NCBI GenBank assembly: GCA_963729625.1
Contig: CAVSOU010000010.1
Location: forward strand, 1,088,001 to 1,152,000
From: an uncultured bacterium
GTDB taxonomy: Bacteria; Chloroflexota; UBA5177; JANWHV01
Direction of reading: 5' to 3'
Length of the DNA stretch: 64,000 bases
Below the pieces are notes generated by a model, which saw only the letters and a program-made list of their open reading frames with translations, was not told the origin of the DNA and did no database searches. Positions within the stretch are counted from its first letter, which is position 1. Each line of letters begins with the position of its first letter. The position numbers and the translations under genes were made by a program. Positions 19,253 through 28,036 of the stretch are shown one piece after another.

Positions 19253-20308
19253 TCACCCGTACAGGCATTCTTCTCGAGCAGTCTCATACATGGCCAGGAT
19301 GTTGTCCAGCGGAACGTCTGGCAGCAGCGAATGGCTGCAGTTACAGACGTAGCCACCACCGGCGCCCAGATCCAGGAACCGCGCTCGCACTTCAGCCCGC
19401 ACATCTTCCGTGGTGCCAAATGGCAGGGTAGCCTGCACGTCGATTGCGCCGTGAAAAGCCAGCTGGTGACCGAAGCCGCGTTTCAGACCCGCCGGCTCCA
19501 TCCCCGTGGCGCCGACCTGAATTGGATTCAGCAGCTGCAGTCCCATATCGACTAGGTCAGGAATTATGGCACGGATCGCGCCATCGCTGTGAAGCATGAC
19601 GGTCACCCCATGTGACCTCGCGCATGCAAAGAGTCGCTCAAAGTGAGGGCGGACGAGCCTGCGCCACATTGCCGGATTGATCAACAGGCTCTGTTGCGTG
19701 CCGAAGTCGGAAACCATCATCACGATGTCCAGTTCCCCAGGCGCATAGGCGAAGAGACGATCCATGATCGTCTCATTGTAGGTGGTGACTCTGTCCATGA
19801 TCAGGTTCACCAGCTCGGGCGCGTCGTAAAGCCACGTGAAGAATTTCTCGAAGCCCACCATCTCGATTGCGTCGAAAAAGACGCGGCAATCAGGGCCGCC
19901 GAGCCGCGCGTGATCTCCTGCCTGCCGGCAGAGGTCCCGCCACGCCTCGACGTCGACTGCGTCGGGATCGGGCCAAGCGTGCGCCTCGACATCGGCCCTG
20001 GTGGCCGCGTGGGCGAGCGGGTGGTGGGACGTGTATCCACCGTAGGATCCGGAACGGCGAATGCCCCAGATATCTTCGGTCTCGCCTGATCGTAAGATCT
20101 TCGCCTTGCGGCCTCGATCGTGGTAGGGCACAGGGATACGACGCACATCCACGCCAAGCGCCTCGAGGACTGCCTCTTCGTCGACGACGTTCAGCCGGCG
20201 CTGCAATGCGACTGTAACTTCCGACTCGGCGAGGTAGTCCAGAGGCAGACGATCTGGGAGTTCATGTCCGACCGCCGCCATGACACGTTCGCGCGAATTC
20301 ATCGTCAT
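19253..20308 (-). CDS. URO-D/MtaA-CmuA family TIM-barrel protein (1)
   Basis: MNSRERV...PDRLP, DIWG, SDFGTQ, HSDG, NPIQ, GAIDVQATLPFGT and GGGYVCNCSH motifs. Confidence 0.88.
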   Translation of the reverse strand: MTMNSRERVMAAVGHELPDRLPLDYLAESEVTVALQRRLNVVDEEAVLEALGVDVRRIPVPYHDRGRKAKILRSGETEDIWGIRRSGSYGGYTSHHPLAHAATRADVEAHAWPDPDAVDVEAWRDLCRQAGDHARLGGPDCRVFFDAIEMVGFEKFFTWLYDAPELVNLIMDRVTTYNETIMDRLFAYAPGELDIVMMVSDFGTQQSLLINPAMWRRLVRPHFERLFACARSHGVTVMLHSDGAIRAIIPDLVDMGLQLLNPIQVGATGMEPAGLKRGFGHQLAFHGAIDVQATLPFGTTEDVRAEVRARFLDLGAGGGYVCNCSHSLLPDVPLDNILAMYETAREECLYG

Positions 20309-20716
20309 TCCTCAACCTGGTGGCGTTCCTCGACCGAGCCCGGCATAACTGCACCATCTGCATCTGGAGACTGTGGTCAGTCTTCAACCCGCTGGCGCGG
20401 CTCGGCCGAGCGGCAACTAGCCGTCAAATAACGGGCACGCCGTGCGGCGCTACCCCCAGTCGGCCTCGGTTCATCTCGCGCCCAGCCAAGCCGGCGATCC
20501 CGACCCTCTGTCCATGCGTATCCGGAAGGCGTCGCACCCTGTTCGCCGCCGCTCCTGAGGCGATCAACCACTCGATCGCCGATGATGCCGATTGTATATT
20601 GCTGACTCTCAGGTGTCCAGCCACGGTCTGCGCACGGGTGTCCGTCAGATTTCCGGAGACCTTGTGCCGACCGCGCGACAATTCGCGCGGCGTGTGATGC
20701 CCCGGGATTATATCCC

Positions 20717-20753
20717 GTTGACAGTTGACAGTCGCCTGGCTCGGCACTACCAT
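20717..20753 (+). promoter_or_regulatory. Sigma70-type promoter TTGACA-N17-TACCAT overlapped by candidate operator GTTGAC-A-GTTGAC-A-GT
   Basis: -35 at 20725-20730 and -10 at 20748-20753, upstream of the dehydratase gene. Confidence 0.7.
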
Positions 20754-20935
20754 AGGCGGGAATGCGTCGGTCGGCAGGGATGAAGCGCGCAGAGAGGGGT
20801 ACTTCGCTGGCCGCTCGCCAGCGATGGCGGGCACCACGCGGTGGTTCGCGTCGTCATGCACGAACCGCCAGTCCCAGGATCTGGCGCGGTATGCTCGTAT
20901 GAGAGCGTGTTGCAGCCGAGGAAGGTGATCACACA

Positions 20936-22111
20936 ATGAAGATCGCGCGCGTAGAGACCTACACCGTCGGTGTCGATTGGAAGAACTGGCTATTCGTGAA
21001 AGTGATCGCCGATGACGGCTTGCACGGCATCGGTGAGGCGACAATGAACGGCTTTGTCAAAACGACTGAGGCCGCGGTCCACGAGCTCGAGCATTTCGTG
21101 CTGGGAAAGGACCCCAGACAGATTGCCTCGCTGACGGGCACGCTGTTGGAGACCATGCAAGACGGCGGGCACATCCATCGGCTCGCCACTGCCGGCATTG
21201 AAGTGGCCTGCTGGGACATCCTCGGCAAGTCGCTTGGCGTGCCGATATACCAGCTGCTCGGTGGAAAGGTGCGCGACGACGTACCGGCCTACGCGAACGG
21301 CTGGTATCGCGGCGAGCGATCGCCTGAGACATTTCTTGCCCTCGCCGAGAAGGCGGTAGAAAAAGGGTTCCGAGCCCTGAAGCTCGATCCGTTCGGTCTC
21401 GCCCGCGCGACCATCGACGAGCAGAGCCTGCAGCTGGCCTACGACATTCTGCGAGCAATCCGCGACCGGTTCGGTCCGTCACTCAAGATCCTGATCGACG
21501 TGCATACCCGATTCCTGCCCAGCGAGGCGCTGCGCGTCGCGCGTCGCCTGGCGCCGCTCGATCTGTTCTGGTGGGAGGAACCGACCACGGCAGAGCGAGA
21601 GGAGCTGACCAACGAGATCGCTTCACAATGCCCTATACCGGTGGCGACAGGCGAACAGTTCGCCCGCGTCGGCAACTTCATGACGCTTGCCAGAGGCGGT
21701 CACGTCGGCATCTATCAGCCCGAGCCGATGTGTCTCGGCGGCATCTTGAACAGCCTGGCGGTTGCCAATATCGCCCGCGCCAGCGGCGCCACTATCGCTC
21801 CACACCAGAGCGGCGGGCCGGTCGCCACGGCGATATGTCTGCAATTGGCGGCATGCGTGCCGAACTTTTTGATCCAGGAGCACTTCGACCCCTTTAACGC
21901 GCCATGGACTCAAGACCTGGTTACCTGGCATCCGACGCTCAACAGGGATAACGGCCGTCTGTCGCTGCCGGAGGCGCCTGGCCTGGGCCTGGATCTGAAC
22001 CTGGATGTCGCGAGCGCCCACCCCTACGACGCGCGGTCGTTCTTCGACGCCACCAAAGAGGGATGGGAGAAGCGTTTGGGCACCCAGGCTGGTGCCGACC
22101 GGGTGGGATGA
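20936..22111 (+). CDS. Enolase superfamily acid-sugar dehydratase (galactonate dehydratase-like)
   Basis: GIGEA, WDILGK, YANGW, KLDPF, metal ligands DVH/EEP/GEQ, APH, QEH and PGLG. Confidence 0.9.
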   Translation: MKIARVETYTVGVDWKNWLFVKVIADDGLHGIGEATMNGFVKTTEAAVHELEHFVLGKDPRQIASLTGTLLETMQDGGHIHRLATAGIEVACWDILGKSLGVPIYQLLGGKVRDDVPAYANGWYRGERSPETFLALAEKAVEKGFRALKLDPFGLARATIDEQSLQLAYDILRAIRDRFGPSLKILIDVHTRFLPSEALRVARRLAPLDLFWWEEPTTAEREELTNEIASQCPIPVATGEQFARVGNFMTLARGGHVGIYQPEPMCLGGILNSLAVANIARASGATIAPHQSGGPVATAICLQLAACVPNFLIQEHFDPFNAPWTQDLVTWHPTLNRDNGRLSLPEAPGLGLDLNLDVASAHPYDARSFFDATKEGWEKRLGTQAGADRVG

Positions 22112-22266
22112 TCGTTCGCCCAGTACGCGTCGAACCCCAGGTCTTCGGCCCTCAGCACAAAATCCAGTGTCTCCTGCCACTCCTTCAGGAAGATGCCGAC
22201 GACGGCGAAGCGTCTCCTGTTCTTGCCCTCGGCGACCCACGGATGTGCGGGGCGATCGGTGTCCAT
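22100..22266 (-). pseudogene. 5' remnant of an LLM-class flavin-dependent oxidoreductase
   Basis: RBS and ATG right after the SDR stop; about 55 codons ending FVLRAEDLGFDAYWANDHPT (LLM N-terminal signature), then running into the convergent dehydratase 3' end. Confidence 0.75.
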
Positions 22267-22278
22267 GTGCCGTGCTCC

Positions 22279-23118
22279 CTAGCCATCCTGCTTTGGAGCG
22301 GGCCAGGCCACATTGCCCGCCGCGTTCAGGGCCATGTTGCCGCCGTCCACATACAGCAGGTGGCCCGTGACGAATGCCGAGGCGTCGGACGCAAGGAACA
22401 GCGCGGGACCCACCAGATCCTCATCGTGGCCCATCCGACCGAGGGGAATGCCATTGAGAATGTGCTGCTCGAAGGCGACATAGTCCCAGGGCAAGCTCGT
22501 CATGCCCTTGATCCAGTTCTGATTCGCGATCTGGGCGGGCTGGATCGCGTTCACCCGAATGTGGTGCGGTCCCCATTCGACCGCCAGATCGCGGGTCATT
22601 TGATTGACTCCCGCCTTGGCCACGCCGTGCGGCAGATTGCCGCGTCCCATGCCGGAAAGACCGCAGGTCGAGCCGATATTGATGATGCTTCCGCCGGCGG
22701 CTCGCGCGATCATACGCTTCCCGGCCTCGATAGAACACAGGAAGGTGCTCGTCAGCGAGATGTCGAGGACGCGCTGCCACTCAGATAGCGGCAGCTCTTC
22801 CGGCCGGTAGCGCGCGCCCGCACCTACGTTGTTAATCAGAATGTCGATGCAGCCGAACTCGCGATCGAGGACGGCAAAGAGCGCCATGATATCCTCACGC
22901 CGGGCGTTATTGCAGGTGACGCCGACGCCGCGGCGCCCTAACGCTCGGATCTCCCGGCTTGTCTGCTCAGCGCCGGCCGCATCAACGTCGCTGACCAGCA
23001 CGTCCGCGCCGGCCTCCGCCAACCCAATCGCCATAGCGTGCCCTAGCCCGCCGTTCGCGCCGCCGCCGGTCACCAGCGCGACTTTCCCAGTGAGGTCGAA
23101 CCTCTCAGTACTCTTCAT
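22279..23118 (-). CDS. Short-chain dehydrogenase/reductase with HxxxK in place of YxxxK
   Basis: TGGGANGGLG, NNVG, IGS, PHGVAK, RVNAIQP and VDGG motifs. Confidence 0.9.
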   Translation of the reverse strand: MKSTERFDLTGKVALVTGGGANGGLGHAMAIGLAEAGADVLVSDVDAAGAEQTSREIRALGRRGVGVTCNNARREDIMALFAVLDREFGCIDILINNVGAGARYRPEELPLSEWQRVLDISLTSTFLCSIEAGKRMIARAAGGSIINIGSTCGLSGMGRGNLPHGVAKAGVNQMTRDLAVEWGPHHIRVNAIQPAQIANQNWIKGMTSLPWDYVAFEQHILNGIPLGRMGHDEDLVGPALFLASDASAFVTGHLLYVDGGNMALNAAGNVAWPAPKQDG

Positions 23119-23136
23119 TTCCGCGCCTCCAAGCAC

Positions 23137-24792
23137 CTACGGCTTGACAACCTTCAGCGGATCACGCTTGTGGATCAGCACGTCGCTGATCAGGACCATG
23201 GCCGCCCCGCTTACAGCCACCTCAAGCGCCTTCTGAAGCACCGCCACCGGATCCGTTATGCCGGCCTGCCACATCTCGACCACCTGGCCGGCGTTAGCGT
23301 CGAAGCCATGCCAGGGCCCGGCGGCACGAACCTGGGCAATAATCGCGTGCCGATCAAATCCAGCGTTGGCGGCCATGACCCCAATCGGTTCCTCCAGCGC
23401 GGCCTCCAGCGCTTGAAATGCGACGAGCTCATCGGCGGACCTCGCCACATCCTGGAGGGCGTGCTGGCAGCCGAGGTAGGCCGCGCCGCCACCAGGGACG
23501 ACCCCCGAGGCCAGGGCCAGTCTGAGTGCCGTGACGGTTCGCTGGGCCAATGCCTTGCGCGGCTTCTGTTCGCGCTCGCTATCGCCGCCAACGTACAGGA
23601 TGGCAACGCCCCCCATGAGCTTGCCCAGGCGCTCCCGTACCTGCTCTCGCTCCTCCGGTTTGTCCGTTTCGGCCAGCTCGGCTTTCACCCCCGCGATTCG
23701 CCGGCGCAGTGCCATGGGGTCGGCATCGCCGCCATGCACGCCGAAATTGGCGGAGTTCGCCCACACGTGGTTGGCGCGACCGAGGTCGTCAAGGCTGAAG
23801 CTCGCCGCGCGCTCCCCGCTCGCCTCGCTCAACACCCGGCCACCCGACAGCACTGCCAGGTCCTCGAGAATTCGCGCTCGATTGTCACCCTGCGCCGGCG
23901 CGCGGACGGCCACGCAGTGCAGCGTCCCCTGGCGATGATTCGCAACCAGGAGACTCAGTGCGCTGCCACTCACTTCATCCGCGATCACGAGCAGACCTGG
24001 ACAATGTGCGGCCACGAGACGATCCAGAAGCGGTACAAGCTGGTCGGCATCGGTGAAGTGCAGGTCACTGATCAGGATCATGGGGCCGTCAAGCCGCACT
24101 TCCTGCTTGTCCTCATCGGTAATGAAATACGGAGAAAGATACCCTTCGTTCCAGTGGACGCCCTCCACATAGTGCCGGACCAGCCCGGGAGCGTAACCAT
24201 TCTCCACAAGCAAGCACCCGTCGGCGCCAATGATGTCGAGAATTTCGCCCAGCATCTTCGCCAGCGCAGCATCGTGGCACACGGTCTCCGCGGCGCCGGC
24301 AATCTCGACAGGCCCGTGTAGTGGCCTGCTCTGTTTGCCCAGGGCATTCGCGACCAAGCAGAGCCCTCGCTCTAGGCTCCGTCGCACGACAAGCGGATCG
24401 CCGCCCGCCGCGATGTATGGCTCTGCGTGACTGACTATCGCTTGCAGCAACACAGCGGTGGTCGCACCGCCGTCGCCTACCGTGTCGTATGTCTTCCACA
24501 CTGCGTGGCGGAGCATCATTGCTCCCATGTTCACGTAGGGATCGGGCAGCTCAATCACTCGCCTCAGAATCGTAGCGGCATCGTCGAGCACCTCGATCGG
24601 CCGCCCAGAATTGACATCCTCCACGGCAACCGTACGCGGAAGCGGCCCCAAGGTTGGCCGGACCGCAGCCACCATGGCCGCGATGCCGCGGCGCATGGCG
24701 CCCCGCGCTGCTGGCCCGTGGAGAATTCCGGGGCCGATTCCTGAATCCGGTACGGGCCTCGCTACTCTCTGCGCCAGTAACCGTCGAGACAT
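23137..24792 (-). CDS. Divergent chaperonin-60 (GroEL-like) paralogue
   Basis: TLGP, NMGA, GDGGATT, GYLSPYF, LEDLAVLSGG, ERLGKLMGGVA, GVVPGGG and GITDP align collinearly with GroEL; no GGM tail; no adjacent groES. Confidence 0.92.
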   Translation of the reverse strand: MSRRLLAQRVARPVPDSGIGPGILHGPAARGAMRRGIAAMVAAVRPTLGPLPRTVAVEDVNSGRPIEVLDDAATILRRVIELPDPYVNMGAMMLRHAVWKTYDTVGDGGATTAVLLQAIVSHAEPYIAAGGDPLVVRRSLERGLCLVANALGKQSRPLHGPVEIAGAAETVCHDAALAKMLGEILDIIGADGCLLVENGYAPGLVRHYVEGVHWNEGYLSPYFITDEDKQEVRLDGPMILISDLHFTDADQLVPLLDRLVAAHCPGLLVIADEVSGSALSLLVANHRQGTLHCVAVRAPAQGDNRARILEDLAVLSGGRVLSEASGERAASFSLDDLGRANHVWANSANFGVHGGDADPMALRRRIAGVKAELAETDKPEEREQVRERLGKLMGGVAILYVGGDSEREQKPRKALAQRTVTALRLALASGVVPGGGAAYLGCQHALQDVARSADELVAFQALEAALEEPIGVMAANAGFDRHAIIAQVRAAGPWHGFDANAGQVVEMWQAGITDPVAVLQKALEVAVSGAAMVLISDVLIHKRDPLKVVKP

Positions 24793-24878
24793 GTGGCCAA
24801 CTCGCACTTTCCAACTGTCGGGGCCGCACGCGCCGCTACCCGACCATCAAATCCTGGCTACGTACGTAGCCGTCACAC

Positions 24879-24914
24879 AAAGAAATAAGTAGGGCCGGCG
24901 GGTGCCGACCCTAC
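24879..24914 (-). terminator. Intrinsic terminator downstream of the secreted-protein gene
   Basis: Minus strand GTAGGGTCGGC-ACCC-GCCGGCCCTAC (one U-G pair) followed by TTATTTCTTT. Confidence 0.75.
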
Positions 24915-25047
24915 CTACTCGGTGCAGACCTGGAGCCAAATGACCCTGCCGCTCCGCGCGCAGCCTGCCTACTAGGTTGGCATGATGCGACAGGGCTCCT
25001 TGGCTCACTCGCGGACCTGGCACCCGCGCTCTTCGCCGGCGAGAATT

Positions 25048-25809
25048 CTAGCCTTCGCCGATGAACGTTCCGAAATCACCAACGGCCGGGCCGGCGAAGG
25101 TGCCCGTGTATTTGGTAATGCCTACCGCATGCTTGCTCGACGCGACCAGCATCAGAGCGCCAGACTTGGACCAGAAGATGGTAGACGTGACATTACCGTT
25201 TACAACACGACCCTCGGCCGGAAGCACCGTGTCATTGCTCAGGAAGGCGAAGGTACCGTCACCCCATCCATCGGCAGTCAGCTGAAGCGTCAACTGCCCG
25301 GCCAGGGCCAGCGTATCCGCGCTACCCATGCCGCTCTTCCCGCCAATGCTGAAGGTCACTTCCTGGGTCTCAGGTGTTAGCGCCCACGAACCGGCGCTGG
25401 TGTTCGCGCCCAGCGCAACCATACCGCCCCAAACGCCGGACATCTTGTTCAGCAGCTTGCCGGTCAAGCTCATGGTGCCGGCCTTGCCTTTCACCGCGAG
25501 CTGTGCAGTGTCAGCGGCCGTGCCACTGACTGTCGACGTTGCACCGCTGGCCAGAGTTAGCGTTGCGGTGAGGAGGCCTGTGCTGTTGATCGTGCCGGCG
25601 ACCTGGCCCGCGACCATCGCGCCGGCGCTCGGACCCGCCAGGAGTTGCGCCGCCAGATGGAAGGCTACCGGGCTTTCCGTCACCGCCGCTTGGCTGCTGG
25701 AAGCAAATGTGCGGGGAGCGATGCTACCACCAAGAATGGTGGCGCAGACAAGGACGAAGCCTAGTATGGTCTTTCGCATCACTGACGAGGGTAATCGTAC
25801 ACTGATCAT
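25048..25809 (-). CDS. Secreted hypothetical beta-rich protein
   Basis: AAGGAG RBS; signal peptide MRKTILGFVLVCATILGGSIAPRTFA; Gly/Thr/Ala-rich alternating beta pattern. Confidence 0.75.
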   Translation of the reverse strand: MISVRLPSSVMRKTILGFVLVCATILGGSIAPRTFASSSQAAVTESPVAFHLAAQLLAGPSAGAMVAGQVAGTINSTGLLTATLTLASGATSTVSGTAADTAQLAVKGKAGTMSLTGKLLNKMSGVWGGMVALGANTSAGSWALTPETQEVTFSIGGKSGMGSADTLALAGQLTLQLTADGWGDGTFAFLSNDTVLPAEGRVVNGNVTSTIFWSKSGALMLVASSKHAVGITKYTGTFAGPAVGDFGTFIGEG

Positions 25810-26067
25810 GAACTGTCACTCCTTAGCATCGCTGATTGAGAGAAACCTTCGTTGGTGATTGAGAGCTGTCGTCACTGCTAGCACCCCAATAGGGAGCAGA
25901 GCAGCCGTTTCTCGGACCAGGCCCCCATGACCTATGTGACTCGATCCGGCGGTCACTTGTGGCTGACGATGCTTCCGTACTCCCTTCTGCAAGCGGTCTT
26001 GCGTCCGTCAGGATCTGCCGAGATGTAACCACAACTCCATCGTCGCCAGCCGACAAACGCGGCCACA

Positions 26068-26985
26068 TTAAAACTTCATCCCGGTCATGGCGACGCCACG
26101 GATCATGTACTTCGATCCGAAGAGATAGGCCACCATCAGGGGAATTGACGACAACACGCCCGCCGCGATCAGATAGTCGTACCGCGTGATAAACAATCCC
26201 TGCAGACCGCTAAGGAACAACGGCAGCGTTTGGTTACTCGGGCTGGTCAGCACCACGAAGGGCCAGAGGTAGTCGTTCCAGACCCCGAGAAAGATGAAGA
26301 TACCCAGCGCCGCCGCGGGCGAGGCGGAGAGAGGGACCACGAGCTGAGCAAAGATACGCCACTCCGAGGCGCCGTCGATGCGGGCGGCCTCGATCAGCTC
26401 CGTCGGAATGCTTAGCATGAACTGGCGCATCATGAAGATGCCAAAGGTGGAGAAGAAACCGGTCACGATCACCCCGGCCAGGCTGTCTGAAAGCCCCCAG
26501 TCGCTAATCCTGATGTAAAGAGGCACCAGGATGACGACGAAGGGCACCATCAGCGTGGCGAGCAGCAGCACAAAGAGCAGATCCTTGCCGGGAAAGTGAT
26601 ACTTTGCGAATACGTACCCGGCCATGGTCGAGGTGAGAACCGAAACGCTCGTGACGCTCGCCGTCACGATGACCGTATTTCGGAAGCCCGTCCACACGCC
26701 TGAAAGGCCTGTCACGTACTGGTACGCGTCCAGCGTCCAGTGCTTTGGAAACAAAGCACGGGACTCCATGAGCTCCTTGAATGCTTTGAACGAGCCGAAC
26801 ACTGCCCAGATCAGGGGAGCCAACGCTATCAGTACACCAACTGTCAGCACCAGGTAGATCGCGACCTGCCCCGTGCGGAGATGCACATGCCGCCTCCCTG
26901 CCGGCATGGGTGCCGGCATTGGGACGTCATGAGCGCCCGGCAATCGGTCAGAAGGGCGAGCTACGAGCATTGGCTCTCGTTCCAT
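26068..26985 (-). CDS. Carbohydrate ABC transporter permease (MalG-like)
   Basis: ELIEAARIDGASE, WNDYLWP and six TM segments. Confidence 0.93.
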   Translation of the reverse strand: MEREPMLVARPSDRLPGAHDVPMPAPMPAGRRHVHLRTGQVAIYLVLTVGVLIALAPLIWAVFGSFKAFKELMESRALFPKHWTLDAYQYVTGLSGVWTGFRNTVIVTASVTSVSVLTSTMAGYVFAKYHFPGKDLLFVLLLATLMVPFVVILVPLYIRISDWGLSDSLAGVIVTGFFSTFGIFMMRQFMLSIPTELIEAARIDGASEWRIFAQLVVPLSASPAAALGIFIFLGVWNDYLWPFVVLTSPSNQTLPLFLSGLQGLFITRYDYLIAAGVLSSIPLMVAYLFGSKYMIRGVAMTGMKF

Positions 26986-26991
26986 CCAGTC

Positions 26992-27927
26992 CTAATACGA
27001 CCACTGCATCCGTGTCAAGCGCAGGGTCATCAGCGTGAGCACCAGGGTGATAGCAAACTCGATCAGCGCGGCGCTGGAGGCCACGCTGAACTGGAAGTTC
27101 TGGAATGCCAGATCATAGATGTAAAGGTTTAGGGTCAGCGTCGCGTTGGCTGGCCCGCCACCGGTCAAGACCTGCGGGATCGTGAACTCCTGCAACGCCC
27201 CAATCACACCAAGGATCACCACGAGATTGATGGTCGGCTGCACGAGGGGCAGAGTGATGTGACGCAAGCGCGCCCAATCGCCCGCCCCGTCGATCCGTGC
27301 CGCATCGATCAACTCGCTCGGAATGTTGAGAAGCCCCGCTGTCAGGATGACAATCGTGACCCCCAGGCCCTTCCACGTGCCAAAAAGCGCGGAACTGGGA
27401 AGGGCAGCGTTGCCATCGGTCAGGAACCCAGACGTGGGCAAGTGCAAGAAGCTCAAGAAGCCGTCGATCGGTCCGACCACTGGATCCATCAGGTACTTGG
27501 CAATCAGAATGGTGGACAGGAGGGGCACGACGACAGGCACGAACACCAGACCCTGGAGCAGGTTGCGCCCGTGCGCGACGTTTGCCAGGCAGAGCGCTAT
27601 CGCCAGCGCCAGCGGGATACCGACCAGAACGGTGATCGCTCCCCATTCGACGCTGTTCTTCAGCGCAGTACCAAAGAGCGGATCGTCAAACAGCTCCCGG
27701 AAATTGTCCAGTCCGACGTATCGGCCTGGTCCGAGCAGGCGGTAATGAATCAGGGCGATGCGGAACGCCTGGATCACCGACCAGAACGACACCACGGAGT
27801 ACCAAGCGAGCAAAGGGACAAGTATGGCAAAACCAAACCAGAATTGGGGCCTTTGCAGCACTCTGCCGATCTGGTAGACGAGTCCCCTCCTTCGGAACGC
27901 TATCACCCCCGCACCGTTTCGGTCCAT
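26992..27927 (-). CDS. Carbohydrate ABC transporter permease (MalF-like)
   Basis: YVGLDNF, WKGLG, ELIDAARIDGA and LTGGGP motifs. Confidence 0.93.
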   Translation of the reverse strand: MDRNGAGVIAFRRRGLVYQIGRVLQRPQFWFGFAILVPLLAWYSVVSFWSVIQAFRIALIHYRLLGPGRYVGLDNFRELFDDPLFGTALKNSVEWGAITVLVGIPLALAIALCLANVAHGRNLLQGLVFVPVVVPLLSTILIAKYLMDPVVGPIDGFLSFLHLPTSGFLTDGNAALPSSALFGTWKGLGVTIVILTAGLLNIPSELIDAARIDGAGDWARLRHITLPLVQPTINLVVILGVIGALQEFTIPQVLTGGGPANATLTLNLYIYDLAFQNFQFSVASSAALIEFAITLVLTLMTLRLTRMQWSY

Positions 27928-28036
27928 GCCAACCCTCTCGGATGATACTTGTCCACACTGGCCGCCTGCTCGACGGCACGGAGCTCCCTGGCACGCCATG
28001 GTGGCTCCGTGCGCCAGCGGTCGCCCTCAGCATCTG

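Noticed and set aside
20310-20930. Cobalamin riboswitch upstream of a URO-D/methyltransferase-like gene
   Set aside because: No B12-box or other conserved riboswitch core found on either strand.
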